A stretch of 28,878 bases of DNA, from the NCBI GenBank assembly GCA_964005815.1, contig CAXFSR010000005.1, positions 1 through 28,878 of the forward strand, given 5' to 3'. The notes below the pieces were generated by a model. That model was given only the letters and a program-made list of their open reading frames with translations. It did no database searches and was not told the origin of the DNA. Positions 27,931-28,878 of the stretch are shown piece after piece. Position 1 is the first letter of the stretch. The number at the start of each line of letters is the position of its first letter. Made by a program: the position numbers and the translations under genes. This stretch comes from an uncultured Nitrospinaceae bacterium (GTDB taxonomy: Bacteria; UBA8248).

Positions 27931-28338
27931 ATGCCTTTCTTCAAATCTTCAGAACTCAAAATGGAAGATATAGGAACTGGTAACTCCGGAGAATATCAGC
28001 CTATACTTGGAGAATTAATGAAAGCCGGTGTTGTCACATACTATAAAGGAACTGGATCCAAACCCCATTGGCATAACAATGATGAACAAATTTTATATGT
28101 ACTAGAAGGCAGAAGACTCTTTCGTGTCGGGGACGAAGAAAAAATAATCGAAAAAGGCGACATCGTTCATATTCCAAGAGCAACATTACACGGTGGCAGA
28201 ACCCTCACAGAAAAAGCTGTCATGTGGGTTACTAAAAGTCCAGCTGATGATCCAAGCCTTGGCGCAGATCATCATTATCCAGAAAATTTACAAGAGATCA
28301 TGGACGATCTTGATAGGAAAGCAGCCGAATTTTCTTAA
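27931..28338 (+). CDS. Cupin domain protein
   Basis: PHWHNNDEQILYVLEG and GDIVHIPRATLHG cupin motifs 1 and 2. Confidence 0.88.
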   Translation: MPFFKSSELKMEDIGTGNSGEYQPILGELMKAGVVTYYKGTGSKPHWHNNDEQILYVLEGRRLFRVGDEEKIIEKGDIVHIPRATLHGGRTLTEKAVMWVTKSPADDPSLGADHHYPENLQEIMDDLDRKAAEFS

Positions 28339-28372
28339 ACTTTTACTACTCTATAAATGTAGGGGATGGGTT

Positions 28373-28878
28373 ATGCATAAAAAAATATTTTCTTTCTTAA
28401 CTGTACTTTTCTTAGCAGTTTGCTTTTTCTCTACAACCGCTAATGCGGATCTTGGCAATATGCTCAAACAATTAGAGAATATGGGCAAAAAATTAGACAA
28501 TATTGGGGAGAAAAAAATTCCTTCTCCAAATCAATCTGGTTCAAGCTTAAAAAGCCAGTTAACAAACCGTTCTCTCCTCCTTGATTGGTACTTGATAAGA
28601 CAAGGGAAAAAAGACTACCCGTTAAGAAATTCATCCCAATACGTATATTTTGGAAAAAACGGAAAAATGTGGGGCTTGTTCCATGGTAAAGACAAAAAAT
28701 CACAACAAAAGTTTTTATATGCTGTTAGCGGTAAATGGAAAGAGAATAACGGCAGAGTATGTATTAGTCACGTCCCTATGTATGCAACTTCCGATAAATC
28801 TAAACTTCATGTAAGAGAGGCAAGAAAGTACTGTTACAACTTTCCAAAAGAAGGTCTCTCTGCATTAAATTTAGAAAA
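28373..28878 (+). CDS. Secreted hypothetical protein, N-terminal part (runs off the right edge; absent from the ORF track)
   Basis: Manual translation is open from ATG 28373 to the window end: MHKKIFSFLTVLFLAVCFFSTTANA-DLGNMLKQLENMGKKLD..., with a classic signal peptide (ANA cleavage site) and a GGGGA/GGG purine run upstream. Confidence 0.75.
   Translation, partial: MHKKIFSFLTVLFLAVCFFSTTANADLGNMLKQLENMGKKLDNIGEKKIPSPNQSGSSLKSQLTNRSLLLDWYLIRQGKKDYPLRNSSQYVYFGKNGKMWGLFHGKDKKSQQKFLYAVSGKWKENNGRVCISHVPMYATSDKSKLHVREARKYCYNFPKEGLSALNLE

Noticed and set aside
2251..28703. Short antisense or overlapping ORFs in the track (e.g. 2251-2442, 2533-2781, 3771-4013, 7654-7962, 16414-16641, 18522-18854, 25904-26386, 26744-27127, 28464-28703)
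   Set aside because: They lie on top of well-supported genes, lack motifs and RBSs, and have the F/S/I-rich composition expected of shadow frames in AT-rich DNA.
1..28878. Genome-wide UGA reassignment (genetic code 4 or 25)
   Set aside because: All other genes are full length under code 11, use TGG for Trp and have no in-frame TGA; the M20 gene appears to use TGA as a real stop.
1..28878. CRISPR arrays, tRNA/rRNA genes, transposases, integrases or prophage genes
   Set aside because: No regularly spaced repeats, no intergenic gap with recognisable structural RNA motifs and no ORF with mobile-element motifs were seen by eye.

Overview
AT-rich (roughly one-third GC by eye), densely packed bacterial chromosomal segment with 25 complete and 2 edge-truncated protein genes. 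I found no rRNA, tRNA, CRISPR array or mobile element. The left ~17 kb is a catabolic/uptake region. It holds a partial bioB, an FAD/Fe-S oxidoreductase, an M24-fold protein, two inverted CocE/NonD hydrolase paralogues that bracket an SsuABC/TauABC-type transporter, an M20-fold protein, a Rid-family protein, a Zn-dehydrogenase and a large coiled-coil lipoprotein, followed by an acyl-CoA dehydrogenase. The middle is a surface-glycan cassette (GT4, cupin, NDP-sugar C-methyltransferase, UDP-glucuronate decarboxylase-like SDR, Gfo/Idh/MocA). The right end has an amidase, CinA/YtoQ/VOC genes, a beta-hydroxyacid dehydrogenase, pyruvate kinase and a cupin. The best-supported hidden feature is that two 'separate' small ORFs at 27288-27830 (-) form one OsmC-like gene. 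It has an in-frame UGA at the catalytic Cys position, followed by a GC-rich bacterial SECIS-type hairpin, so it is a probable selenoprotein. All family calls rest on motif recognition by eye; no database search was run.
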